Positions 53,307 through 63,518 of a DNA stretch of 64,000 nucleotides are shown in pieces; the first letter of the stretch is position 1; each line of letters opens with the position of its first letter. The DNA is taken from the IMG/VR virus record IMGVR_UViG_3300050821_009835, positions 186,001 to 250,000 of that record, one strand, 5' to 3'. Position numbers and translations under genes: made by a program. The notes under the pieces are model-generated. The model did no database searches and was not told the origin of the DNA. It saw only the letters and a program-made list of their open reading frames with translations.

Positions 53307-55226
53307 TTGCAGCTCAACGAGGAACAGCTTCTAGCTGTAGAACATTCCATTGGGAGCCCGGCAGTATTGGTAGCGGGTGCAGGTAGTGGTAAAACAAGAG
53401 TTCTTACTGAACGTGTTCGTTGGTTGATGAAGCAAGGCATTGCCCCTCGCCGGATTTGCGTTCTAACTTTTACTAACAAAGCTGCGGGGGAATTAGTCAA
53501 TCGTTTGGGTCTTGGGCCAGAAGTTCCTCGTGATCAGGTTCCCCGCGTTAGCACAATTCACTCTCTTGCTCTTAGTGCCATTCGTCGCAATCCTCAAGGT
53601 TTTGGCCTTTTGTCTCGTGTTTCCCCACTTGATGAAGGTGATGCGGGCAGTATGATTAAGAAAATCATCGATCGCTTAGAATTAGATGAAAATCAGTGGG
53701 CAATGTTGGAAGTGATAAGTTACCACCGTGCTCGTGGTCTTTGCTTTTCTAGTGACTATACAGATGAAATCCATAAAATCTCGGAAAAGGCGCACGGCGG
53801 TTATCATGCTATGGATGCTGGACGGCTTGCTATCTGGAAGGCATACGAGGCGGAGAAGAAAGCCAATTCCGTAGTTGACTTCGATGATATGGTACATCTA
53901 GTCGTTCATCGCGGTAAAATGGATAGCACCTGGCGCGGGAAACTTGAAAAGACCTTCGAGTTTTTATTGATGGATGAAGCACAGGATACCAACCCGATTC
54001 AATGGGCGTTTGTCAATTTATTAGTTGCACCAGACAATCCAAATCTATATGTTGTCGGTGACATGAATCAGAGCATCTACGGCTTTAATGGGGCTACCCC
54101 GGAACTCCTTAAAGAATACAGTGAGGGTTGGCGCGGTGTTGTTCCTAAACTTTACAAGATTCAACGCAATCATCGTTCTGTCCCCGAAATTGTTAATCTC
54201 GCGAATGCTACCTGCGCTAAAATGACCAATTCGATTCCACTGAAAATGGAATCCTGGCGAGGGATCAATAATGAACATGGTACCACCAAATTGATGAAAG
54301 CGTGCGAACCACGCGACATTGCTGTTCAGATAGCAACAGAAATTTACCATGATGCCAACCTTAAAAAGAATCCCATAGTCTATCGTGACAACGCTGTGTT
54401 AGTCCGTAGCGGTAAGACTCAAGTCCGGGATATAGAAGCTGAGTTGGTAAAGCGGCGCATCCCTTATGTGGTGCGCGGCGGCCTGTCCCTCCTTCAGACG
54501 GAAGAGGTTCGCGATTTGATGGCGTATATGAGGCTCATTGCAAACCCAAACGATTTCATGGCGCTCGTACGGGCTTCAGGTATTCCAAAGCGTGGCGTGG
54601 GGCCGAAGGCGCTAGAGGATATTCGTGATCGAGCCAAGCTACAGCACAGCAATGACTTGGTTGCTGCCAGCGCCAGCGACAAGAAATTGGGCGGTTTCGC
54701 TGCCATGATAAAGAGTCTTGGAGATTACCGAGATGATCCTTTCAAGGCGCTTCAAGAACTCATTCGTCTTCTTAATTATGGTCAGATCATTCAGGATAAG
54801 TACAAGCGTGAACCGGAGCGAGTACAGCAGAAATTGGAGAATATCAATCGTTTACAGATGATGTTTCAAATTCTCCTTGAGGAGAATGAAATGACCATCG
54901 AGGATCTGGTGTTCCAGTTGAGTATGAATAAACAATCTGAGCAATCAAATAAAGACGAAGGGAAGGTTGTCATTAGTACGATCCATTCTGCTAAAGGATT
55001 GGAATTTCGGCGCGTATACGTGACCAATTGTTACGAAGGCTCCCTTCCTCATAAATTTTCAATGGGATCCCCATCGGAAATTGAGGAGGAAAGGCGGCTT
55101 TTTTATGTGGCATGTACTAGGGCCAAGGACAACCTTACACTCTGCCTCCCAGCAATGATTCAACACGGTCCAAATACTACTGCTTTAACTCCCAGCAGAT
55201 TTCTATACGAAATTGGCGTTCACTGA
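53307..55226 (+). CDS. uvrD: UvrD/PcrA-family SF1A helicase
   Basis: AGAGSGKT, LTFTNKAA, STIHS, MDEAQDT, VVGDMNQSIY, NHRS, TIHSAKGLEF and EERRLFYVACTRAK. Confidence 0.95.
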   Translation: MQLNEEQLLAVEHSIGSPAVLVAGAGSGKTRVLTERVRWLMKQGIAPRRICVLTFTNKAAGELVNRLGLGPEVPRDQVPRVSTIHSLALSAIRRNPQGFGLLSRVSPLDEGDAGSMIKKIIDRLELDENQWAMLEVISYHRARGLCFSSDYTDEIHKISEKAHGGYHAMDAGRLAIWKAYEAEKKANSVVDFDDMVHLVVHRGKMDSTWRGKLEKTFEFLLMDEAQDTNPIQWAFVNLLVAPDNPNLYVVGDMNQSIYGFNGATPELLKEYSEGWRGVVPKLYKIQRNHRSVPEIVNLANATCAKMTNSIPLKMESWRGINNEHGTTKLMKACEPRDIAVQIATEIYHDANLKKNPIVYRDNAVLVRSGKTQVRDIEAELVKRRIPYVVRGGLSLLQTEEVRDLMAYMRLIANPNDFMALVRASGIPKRGVGPKALEDIRDRAKLQHSNDLVAASASDKKLGGFAAMIKSLGDYRDDPFKALQELIRLLNYGQIIQDKYKREPERVQQKLENINRLQMMFQILLEENEMTIEDLVFQLSMNKQSEQSNKDEGKVVISTIHSAKGLEFRRVYVTNCYEGSLPHKFSMGSPSEIEEERRLFYVACTRAKDNLTLCLPAMIQHGPNTTALTPSRFLYEIGVH

Positions 55227-55255
55227 GTAGTATACAACAGGAAAAGGAGAAACCG

Positions 55256-55414
55256 ATGCTCACCGAACCCGGACTCAACACGCTTCAGAGTAGGGAACTT
55301 GCCGACCGAATTGAAGAGGCAGTTGGGCCACTCCGCGAACGTATCCAAGAACTTGAGAGCAAAGTAGAACGTTTAGAACAACAAATTCCCTCATCAGAAA
55401 GTTGGAGGTTTTAG
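55256..55414 (+). CDS. Small coiled-coil protein (52 aa)
   Basis: AAGGAG RBS; LRERIQELESKVERLEQQ. Confidence 0.55.
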   Translation: MLTEPGLNTLQSRELADRIEEAVGPLRERIQELESKVERLEQQIPSSESWRF

Positions 55415-56386
55415 TTGAATAAGCCATCTTGGGGCGTAATCGTTGGCCGTTTTCAAGTGCACGAACTCCATGAAGGTCACATGGACTTATTCCGCGCCGT
55501 CATGGGACGCCATAATCGTGTAATTGTTTTTGTGGGTAAGTCTCCGAATGGAATGACCAAACGTAACCCGCTAGATTTCGTTACTCGCAAGGCGATGATT
55601 CAAGCAAAGTTCCCTAATTTTACAGTTCTTCCTTTGATTGATTGTATGACAGACGAGGCGTGGTCTGATTCTCTGGACGCCAAAATCCGAGAGGTTGTTG
55701 ACTATGGCGACGTTACTCTGTATGGGGGCCGTGACAGTTTCGTGCCTCATTACCACGGTGCCTATCCTCCTGTTGAACTCGCTTTGCCTACCACGGAGCA
55801 CATCAAAGGCGAAGACATTCGGGCAAAGTTGACAAATACGATCATCGAGTCCGCTGATTTTCGCGCTGGCGCTATTTACTCCGCGATGAATCAGTGGCCC
55901 AAAGCCATTACTTGCGTGGATGTAGTCATGTATCACTACTCTTGGTCAGATGTGAATAAAAACAATGACGACATGGAGTTCCTTCTCTGCAAGAAATACG
56001 GTGAGCCTGGTTGGCGTTTCGTGGGTGGCCACACTAAACCGATAACTGAGACTTTTGAACAGGATGCCAAAGATGAAGCTAGGGAAGAAGTGGGCCAATA
56101 TCTAACCAAAATGGAGTATATTGGCAGCTGTTATGTTCCCGACTGGCGCTGGGCGGCTGAGCAGGATAAAGTCAAGACGCTCGTGTTCGCCTCCGAGACT
56201 ATGACTCTATCCGCTGCAGCAAAGGACGACATTTCTGAAGCGAAATGGTTTTCTATTCGTGAACTGAAAGAGGGGCTCCTCAACCCGGTTCATCACCCGA
56301 TATTAAAGCTCGTACAAGAAGGATTCAGAAAGGAATTCAAACTATATGCCGCGCCCATTTCAACCGCGTCCGTTGCACAAGACTGA
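55415..56386 (+). CDS. nadM: Bifunctional NMN adenylyltransferase / Nudix (NadM-Nudix)
   Basis: VGRFQVHELHEGH (HxGH), NPL and GRDSF; C-terminal RFVGGH...AKDEAREEVG. Confidence 0.88.
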   Translation: MNKPSWGVIVGRFQVHELHEGHMDLFRAVMGRHNRVIVFVGKSPNGMTKRNPLDFVTRKAMIQAKFPNFTVLPLIDCMTDEAWSDSLDAKIREVVDYGDVTLYGGRDSFVPHYHGAYPPVELALPTTEHIKGEDIRAKLTNTIIESADFRAGAIYSAMNQWPKAITCVDVVMYHYSWSDVNKNNDDMEFLLCKKYGEPGWRFVGGHTKPITETFEQDAKDEAREEVGQYLTKMEYIGSCYVPDWRWAAEQDKVKTLVFASETMTLSAAAKDDISEAKWFSIRELKEGLLNPVHHPILKLVQEGFRKEFKLYAAPISTASVAQD

Positions 56387-57776
56387 CAGCTATAAGGTTG
56401 GTCACTGGAGATTCATTGTCCCGGGAACTACGGAGATGCTCTACTACTACGAAGCTCGTGGCGGCGAGTATCCATACACTGTACTATTTGATCTCCAAGG
56501 AAACATTCAACGCAACATCGAAGGTCGTTTCGCCACTCTAACTGATGTTGAGGAGGCAGAATTTAAGGCGGGTCTCCATTTTGGCACGGATCGTGCTTTC
56601 AATAAAGAGGGCTGGCGCCACGTCATCAACAAGCATGGCGGTCACCTACCTTTGGATATCCGCGCTGTGAAAGAAGGCATTCCTGTAGAAGTGAAGAACG
56701 TTATGTGGACAATGAAGAACTCATGCCCTGATTGTGCTTGGGTTCCTGGTTGGACAGAAACAATTCTGGAGCATACCTGGTACGGCTCCGGCGTTGTCAC
56801 CAAATCTCGGTATTCCAAAGAAATGATTGCTGAATTTCTTTCGGGTACAGCAGATGATTTTTCTACTTTGCCTTTTCAGCTGCATGACTTCGGTGGTCGC
56901 GGCGTCACTTGTGATCTACAAATGGGCATCGGGGCAGCGGCTCATTTAGTCAATTTCCAAGGCACTGATACATTGCCTGGTCTAGACTACATTGAGCAGT
57001 TTTATGGGTTTGGAATCGAAAACGAAATGCCCGGCTTTTCTGTATTCGCTACAGAGCATTCTGTCACTACAATGTGGAAACGGGAGTATGAATCCCAGTT
57101 TGTAGAGAACGCTTTGAATGAGGTTCCGTCGGGAATTCTTTCTTTGGTTGGAGATAGCTATGATATCTTCAACTTCACGGCTAATATCATCGGCGGGACT
57201 TACCGCGAACGCATTCGCAATCGAGATGGTAAGGTTGTTGTTCGCCCCGACTCAGGTGATTCAGTTGCAGTAACACTTCGAGTACTTGACATTTTGGCAG
57301 AGAAATTTGGCATTCGTGAGAATGACAAAGGTTACAAGGTTCTCCCGCCCTGTGTAGGTGTGCTGTGGGGAGATGGCATTGATCACTATGGCATTCGAAA
57401 AATTTTGCAGGCCATGAAGGACGCCAAGTGGTCCGCATCTAACATTGTCTTCGGTATGGGCGGAGGGTTGCTTCAGAAGATTAACCGCGATACGCAGAAG
57501 GTTGCTATTAAATGCTGTAATGCGGTAGTCAACGGCGGCCAAGTTGAGATTTGGAAAGACCCCGTTACTGACCCAGGTAAGGCTTCTAAGCGAGGACGCT
57601 TGGCACTTCTGGAAGATTCGAATGACCAATATCGCACGGTGCAATACAAGGATGAAAGGGCGGGTTGCCCATTTGATCTCCTTGAGCCAGTTTTTCTTAA
57701 TGGTGAATTATTAAGATTTCAGAAGTTCCCGGAGATTCGTAAGCTGGCGGAGGTTGTTCTTCCTGTTTACGTATAG
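56346..57776 (+). CDS. nadV: Nicotinamide phosphoribosyltransferase (NAMPT)
   Basis: KTDSYKVGH, LHDFGGRG, GTDT, ATEHSV, VGDSYD, VRPDSGD, FGMGGGLLQ and SKRGRL. Confidence 0.93.
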   Translation: MPRPFQPRPLHKTDSYKVGHWRFIVPGTTEMLYYYEARGGEYPYTVLFDLQGNIQRNIEGRFATLTDVEEAEFKAGLHFGTDRAFNKEGWRHVINKHGGHLPLDIRAVKEGIPVEVKNVMWTMKNSCPDCAWVPGWTETILEHTWYGSGVVTKSRYSKEMIAEFLSGTADDFSTLPFQLHDFGGRGVTCDLQMGIGAAAHLVNFQGTDTLPGLDYIEQFYGFGIENEMPGFSVFATEHSVTTMWKREYESQFVENALNEVPSGILSLVGDSYDIFNFTANIIGGTYRERIRNRDGKVVVRPDSGDSVAVTLRVLDILAEKFGIRENDKGYKVLPPCVGVLWGDGIDHYGIRKILQAMKDAKWSASNIVFGMGGGLLQKINRDTQKVAIKCCNAVVNGGQVEIWKDPVTDPGKASKRGRLALLEDSNDQYRTVQYKDERAGCPFDLLEPVFLNGELLRFQKFPEIRKLAEVVLPVYV

Positions 57777-57803
57777 CTGTTCGTACTCCACCTATCGTAG
57801 ATT

Positions 57804-58022
57804 GTGAGTGGAGGGAATATGATTAAGAAAATCAGGAAGTTGAACGCACGTAAGCAGATGAAATTCGTCCGTAGACCTTCAACGCCCAGAACGGACTGGA
57901 GAGATCTAGGTGAAGGTTTTGGATGGCGAGCCTTTGTAACGGAACGAAATCCCGAACCCGAGGGTGTAGAATGCCCTCAACCAGAAAAGCTCGATTTGTG
58001 GGCGGAAACTCTTTGGGTGTAG
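57804..58022 (+). CDS. Small hypothetical protein
   Basis: GGAGGG RBS before the internal ATG (MIKKIRK). Confidence 0.4.
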   Translation: MSGGNMIKKIRKLNARKQMKFVRRPSTPRTDWRDLGEGFGWRAFVTERNPEPEGVECPQPEKLDLWAETLWV

Positions 58023-58037
58023 TATTGAACTGGTATT

Positions 58038-58481
58038 ATGCCCCCAATTTCTAACCCCAACGCTCGCCAAATCGGTGGTACCCATTACAATCAGGTCTCA
58101 ATTCAACATTGGGACCTTGTTCTAACCAATCGCCTTCCTTATCTTGAAGCACAAGCCACCAAATATGTGACTCGTTGGAAAAAGAAGAATCAGGCTGTCG
58201 CCGATATCGATAAGTCGCAGCACTATCTAGAGAAGCTGATTGTTTCTATTCAAGAAGGCTTCTTGCCGATGCCCACTCCAGAGTTTACATCATGCGGGTC
58301 TCCTAGAGTGCCATTGACAAACCTGGATGAATTCGCTTCTCAAAACAAGATCGGCGATGTTGAAAAGACAATCTTCTACCTTCTCTTGACTTACACTACA
58401 ATGGATGAACTTGAAAGGATACGCATACTTCTTGCTCATCTCATGATAGAGGCAAAAGAATTTGAAGCATCTCTGGTATGA
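58038..58481 (+). CDS. DUF3310 (SaV-like) domain protein
   Basis: RQIGGTHY...HWD...ATKYVTRWKKKN...DIDKSQHYLEKLI. Confidence 0.75.
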   Translation: MPPISNPNARQIGGTHYNQVSIQHWDLVLTNRLPYLEAQATKYVTRWKKKNQAVADIDKSQHYLEKLIVSIQEGFLPMPTPEFTSCGSPRVPLTNLDEFASQNKIGDVEKTIFYLLLTYTTMDELERIRILLAHLMIEAKEFEASLV

Positions 58482-58493
58482 ACTGGTAGCCGT

Positions 58494-58637
58494 ATGAAGA
58501 TGATCTGCCCAGCTTGTAAGAAGATTATGGAACGAGACCCTAGAACTTCTTCATTTACTAAGAAAAATCATGTTAGGTCGTTCTGTGAAACTACAGGTAA
58601 ATCAGTATGGCTAAAGCCAGTACGAAAGGCAGTATGA
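58494..58637 (+). CDS. Small zinc-ribbon protein (47 aa)
   Basis: MKMICPACKK...FCETTG. Confidence 0.4.
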   Translation: MKMICPACKKIMERDPRTSSFTKKNHVRSFCETTGKSVWLKPVRKAV

Positions 58638-58921
58638 ATATTCTAGAATTTCTCCTTCTCCTTGAATCCACTGTCCCTCCCCCATTAAATTGTCATCACG
58701 TAATACTTGCCGCAAAATATGGCAGTGATAAAGAAGGTTGGAATAACCGTCTCGCCGTTCAAATCAATGTGAATGGCAAGTTTCAATGCTTCTTTCTGGA
58801 TGACGCGGATCTTGCAACAGAAGCGGCAGTATTAGTGAGTAGGATCACTATGCTGTTGACAGGCACTGTTCTGGCAACTAAAATTCAATACAGCAGAGAA
58901 GCAAGTTCGTTTGTGGAATAA
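58607..58921 (+). CDS. Hypothetical protein (likely start ATG 58634)
   Basis: Coupled ORF. Confidence 0.45.
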   Translation: MAKASTKGSMNILEFLLLLESTVPPPLNCHHVILAAKYGSDKEGWNNRLAVQINVNGKFQCFFLDDADLATEAAVLVSRITMLLTGTVLATKIQYSREASSFVE

Positions 58922-58924
58922 TCT

Positions 58925-59200
58925 ATGCCCTACACTGAACCTCAAGATCGTGTTAAGGTTGATGAATTGATTGCGGGTGCCGTTTCTCACACTGGTGATT
59001 GGTCCGCTGGGGATCTTACCTACGGGTTGACAAAACTAGTCGTGGCTTGGATCAAAAGCCATGGTAAGAAGTACCTGAATCTAGCCATCGTTATGGGCTG
59101 CCTCTTTTGTACGGCCTTTGAACTTTATCGCCGAGTGATTGCGCCATACGAGGATAAAAAGCGCCAAGATAATGGCGATGTTTATGGTGACATTCTCTAA
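58925..59200 (+). CDS. DUF6899-like phage protein
   Basis: MPY...GDLTY...ELYRRVIAPYEDKKRQDNGDVY. Confidence 0.6.
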   Translation: MPYTEPQDRVKVDELIAGAVSHTGDWSAGDLTYGLTKLVVAWIKSHGKKYLNLAIVMGCLFCTAFELYRRVIAPYEDKKRQDNGDVYGDIL

Positions 59201-59800
59201 ATGAGTGTCATCTATGGTTTTCGCGGCGCAAATGGTTCTGGTAAATCGACTCTTGTCCGTCAACTCATGAAGCATATTGGCGTTGTAGCTGATCTTACAG
59301 AGCCCTCCGGTAAGGTCTGGGGGTACGAACTCCAGAACAACATCCGTGTCTTGGGTCGATATGAAACTCAATGCGGCGGTGTGGATGCCATAAAAGAAGT
59401 TCGTGTACCCGGTCAGTCCGGATTTGTAAACACTCGAAAGGGAATTACACTCCTTGCCTCTCTAGGGCATGTCATTTTTGAAGGAGTGCTATGGTCAACC
59501 GTTTTCAAGAGTAGCGACCTCATCGCTCGGGCGCTCCCTCAACATCATTTTATCTTTGCCATGCTAGATACCCCGGCTGAAGTTTGCATTGAACGAGTGC
59601 GGGCAAGACGGTTGGAAAAAGGCAATCATAAACCCTTCAACCCACGAGAGCTATTGTCGAAGGTGGAACAGATCCGAAGACGACAAGAAGATTTGAAGAA
59701 AGCTGGGTATGATACTCGGACGATACCGTATCAGTCGGCTTTATCTACGGTATGCGGTTGGCTTGCTGAGGAAGGTGTGTTAATCCAACCGCCAGTTTGA
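59201..59800 (+). CDS. P-loop nucleotide kinase of the type seen in phage base-modification loci
   Basis: FRGANGSGKST, LGRYETQCGGVDAI, IFEG and LDTPAEVCIERVRARR. Confidence 0.65.
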   Translation: MSVIYGFRGANGSGKSTLVRQLMKHIGVVADLTEPSGKVWGYELQNNIRVLGRYETQCGGVDAIKEVRVPGQSGFVNTRKGITLLASLGHVIFEGVLWSTVFKSSDLIARALPQHHFIFAMLDTPAEVCIERVRARRLEKGNHKPFNPRELLSKVEQIRRRQEDLKKAGYDTRTIPYQSALSTVCGWLAEEGVLIQPPV

Positions 59801-60372
59801 GACGGAAGTAGGTTTGTGCTTTCCCAAGATTTTACAACCTTCAGCGCCCAATTGATAAGCTGCTCATGCCCTTCGTCGTTTCCTTTGATTTCCAAGTTGA
59901 AAGGCTTACCAATTATTTCTCGAATCTTTGGTTCTAAGGCAGCTGCCTGCTCTTCTGTTTCTCGACGTTCTCCAGCGCGATAGGCATGTGCGCGCTGGAT
60001 AAAGACGTTGTAAGTACCATGGCCATTCAAATGGTAATAGGTTGCGCAATTTTCTAGAAGTGCTTGTAATTCTTTATGGTAGGGAAGATGCTCAGAGTAC
60101 AGAGAACCCTGCTGAAAAGGGCATTCTGCGATTGCAATATCAACCCTAAATCGTTCAAGCCGTTTCACACGCTCGAATTGCAAAGCACTAATAAGAAACT
60201 GATTGTCATCCAGTTGACAGGTGGATTGACTGTACATGTGCTCTCGAGCTTGTTCCCCAACTAATTCAACATGGTAGTGAGCTTTTTTAAAAGCAAGGAA
60301 AAGGGCTGCGGCGGCAGTTGTTTTCCCACCTCCCGGTGGAGACCACAAGTTAAAAAGTAGCATGAAACCCAA
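59731..60372 (-). CDS. AAA_28/NadR-like P-loop kinase
   Basis: NLWSPPGGGKTT...VELVGEQARE...VDIAIAECP. Confidence 0.65.
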   Translation of the reverse strand: MGFMLLFNLWSPPGGGKTTAAAALFLAFKKAHYHVELVGEQAREHMYSQSTCQLDDNQFLISALQFERVKRLERFRVDIAIAECPFQQGSLYSEHLPYHKELQALLENCATYYHLNGHGTYNVFIQRAHAYRAGERRETEEQAAALEPKIREIIGKPFNLEIKGNDEGHEQLINWALKVVKSWESTNLLPSQTGGWINTPSSASQPHTVDKAD

Positions 60373-60403
60373 TACCGGAATCTTCTACAGGAGCAATTTT
60401 TAA

Positions 60404-61330
60404 ATGGTAACTCTTACTAATGGGAAGACCCTCCAAGCGGGGGATCTTGATATCTGCGTTCGAGGTGCAGACGGATCCATGATCGATCCCGCAGCGATTA
60501 CTTACAGCATCTTCCAAATTGATAAGCAGATTCCCGTTCGCCCCACTCTAGCATACTCTTACGACCAGATGCAGCCGGACAAACTATCATCGCATTCGGT
60601 AAACCCTGAATCCACATTGGTTTACGGGCCAATGCAAGTTCCCACTCGCTCTTCGCAGGGATGTTACTATGTTCCTATCACTGTCCCAACAACATGGCAT
60701 GGTGTCTTTCGTCTTGTCTGGTATCTGACGCAGTATGCAGGTGGTCAGCAGAACATGGTTCATGAAGAATTCGCGGTTGAAAATGTTGACCCAACTTCCA
60801 TGAGTTTTGAGGCTCCCTCCGTCCAGATGGCAAAGGCTCCGCGCACTACTCACAAATACACGAAAGCGATTATGTATGTGCGGGAACTACTTTCAGATGA
60901 TAACCCGGATCGAAACTATCACTTTCGTCCCCCAACTCCGAGTAAGGTGGTTGCGGGTTATACGACTCGTGTGGGGTATATCTGGACGGATCAGACGATT
61001 ATTCGTATGTTGGAGATGTCGATACAGGACTTGAATACGTGGAATCCAATGAACTTAACAGCCTACACGTTGGATACTCTTCCTTTAAATTGGAGTTCAG
61101 CAGCGGCAACAGGTGCAGCGGCGAAGTGTTTGAATCGGGAAGGCGCTCGTTGGGCGGCGGATGAATTCAGTTTTTCGTTGAACGGTGTCAGTTTGGATAT
61201 CAATAAGGCTGCACTCTATCAGGGAATGGGTGCTCAGTACCGGGCAGAATTTTCAGAAATGGCCCCGTTAGTCACAGCTAACCGCCCTGGATCCGTGGGT
61301 TTACGTCAGCAACGCTGGCTTTTGGGATGA
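60404..61330 (+). CDS. Virion structural protein, probable neck/head-tail adaptor
   Basis: N-terminal Ig-like region (GCYYV...WHGVFRLVW); C-terminal helical region with FSFSLNGVSLDI. Confidence 0.45.
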   Translation: MVTLTNGKTLQAGDLDICVRGADGSMIDPAAITYSIFQIDKQIPVRPTLAYSYDQMQPDKLSSHSVNPESTLVYGPMQVPTRSSQGCYYVPITVPTTWHGVFRLVWYLTQYAGGQQNMVHEEFAVENVDPTSMSFEAPSVQMAKAPRTTHKYTKAIMYVRELLSDDNPDRNYHFRPPTPSKVVAGYTTRVGYIWTDQTIIRMLEMSIQDLNTWNPMNLTAYTLDTLPLNWSSAAATGAAAKCLNREGARWAADEFSFSLNGVSLDINKAALYQGMGAQYRAEFSEMAPLVTANRPGSVGLRQQRWLLG

Positions 61331-61425
61331 TGGATTACCTGTTCCCGCTTATTTGGCCTCTGTGCAATTTGTATCATGTCCTTAGATAACTCATCAATAA
61401 TCCAACTATCAGTATTATTGGTAGA

Positions 61426-63453
61426 ATGGACAAAATTCAACGGAAACAGCTTTTCTTAGAATATGCTTCCGATTCAAAAACCTGGTACGCAAAAGTACCT
61501 ACTCTAGAGCCCTGTGAACTAGGTTGTGGAAGACGAGCCGCCTTTCTCCTTAAAAACTCTTGGCTCTTCTGTTGCCAAAATTCAGCCAAGCGATGCCTCA
61601 ATCCTCTGCTCACATCCAACCTTATCTGTTATGGATGTGGGCAGTCAGCTTCTTTGTTGCAAACCTGCGGACCTGTCTGTGGGAAACTCCCAACAGGAAT
61701 CCGTTGCCCCGTCGCTGCAGAAGAAAACAAACTACGCAGGAAATCCTCCGCAAAACAGCATTTTCAGGATCCTGTATTTGCCACCCAACGTCAGAAAAGG
61801 TTTGTTGCTACCATGATGAGTCGCCACGGCGCTCCGTCTGCTATGGCTTCTCCGGAACTCCGTAAGAAGATTTCTGCAACGATCCAAGAAAAGTACGGTG
61901 CGGATTGGGCACCTAGCATCCCTGGTGTTTTCGATGCGGCTCGTCAACGTTGCCAAGACGAACATGGAGTGGATCATTGGACTAAACTAGACTCTACGAA
62001 ACAAGCTCGAGCTGCAACTTGCCTAAAACAATATGGATTCTCCAATCCTGTAAAGTCCCCCATCGTGTTGAACAAACGCAGACAGAATTGGCGCAATAAA
62101 TATGGGGCAGATCACCCTCAGCAGATTAAGGCAATCACTGATCGTCGATACAAAACGTGGTTGAAAAATCAAGGCGGTTTAGTCTTTGGAAGTCCAACTT
62201 GGTGGAACAAATACCAGCCTTCCTACCAACAACGTACAGGATTTGCTCATCCCACTCAAGATCCTGAACGCATTAGAAAATGGATGAAGACCTTCTATCC
62301 CAGTTGTTTCCGTACTAAAGAAATGGTTCTTCCTTCAGGGAACACCATCCAGTTCCAAGGGTATGAGGACAAAGCCATCAACCATTTGCTAAAGAGTTAT
62401 CGTGAGAATGGCCTGCTCTGGGGAGATGAGATCCCGCAAATTACCTATGTTAAACCTGACGGGGAGCCGGGATTGTATTTCCCTGATCTTTGTCTCGAAC
62501 ACGAGAAGATTCTCATAGAAGTTAAATCCACTTATACCTTGATGGAGGAGATACAACGAGGATTGCTCAGGGCCAAGTTCCAGGGAGCGTTAAAAGCAGG
62601 CTGGAATCCTCGAGTAGAAGTCTGGTCCGAGAGGGAAGATTTTCCCGTGGAGATTGACGCTAACCTGATTTGTCAGGATGACGGATTTGAGTCGTTCTCT
62701 TCCTTCATTTTAGAGTTGTGGCCAGAAGCCAAAATTTCTTTCTACGAAATAGAAGTCCCGGACATCGGCGCTATTGACTACCGCGTCCTGTACCAATTCA
62801 TGAGTGGGGTGAAAAAGAAATTCAAAACTCCCCATTTTGTCGTGTTTGAAGATGAGTGGAAAACAAGACCCAATATCGTAAAAAACTTCTTGTTTTCCCT
62901 TGTTAAGTCGAAACGACAGGGAAGTCGTATCGTACCTCAATTCCTTACTCATGGTCGCCTACTCCCTGAGCACAAAATATTCCTGCAAGAGCAGCACTAC
63001 CTAGGAGCAGTAAAAACGGGAGGATTGGTGATTTCCGCCATCTGGGAAGGGAAGATTGTGGGCCTTTGGGTGTTCAAGAAGCGAAATTCTGAAACTGCGG
63101 AGTGGACTCGAGCTTGCTGGGACCACAACTTTAAGGCTTGGCAACCTCATGGTGAAGCTCTCCAGATAGCCAAGGAGAAGTTAGCGCAGCAAGGAATAAA
63201 GGAGATGGTGAGTTTCTCTGACAACCGATATCATTCAGGAAAACTCTACGAGGCTTTGGGATTTTCTAAAACAGGTGAATTACCTCCGGATTACATGTAC
63301 ACCGACGGGCACGAACGCCAGCACAAATTCCGTTTTCGGGTTCCCGCAGGCGTCCCTGAGGAAGAATTCGCCGCCCGCAAAGGCTGGTACAGAATTCAAG
63401 ACCTAGGGAAATTGAGATTCGGTCTAGAAACGTCGTCACCTCCAAGCAAGTAA
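61426..63453 (+). mobile_element. Composite homing-endonuclease-like protein (Zn modules, YG repeats, PD-(D/E)XK nuclease, Hef-like C-terminus)
   Basis: CELGCG/CYGCG, KYGADHP-type repeats, YFPDL...IEVKSTY and SFSDNRY..G.LYEALGF...PDYMY. Confidence 0.7.
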
Positions 63454-63518
63454 GGCGATTAAGACCATACCTATCAATGCGATACTCTCGAGTATGAGTC
63501 TTTCTGTCTTGTAAGTCA

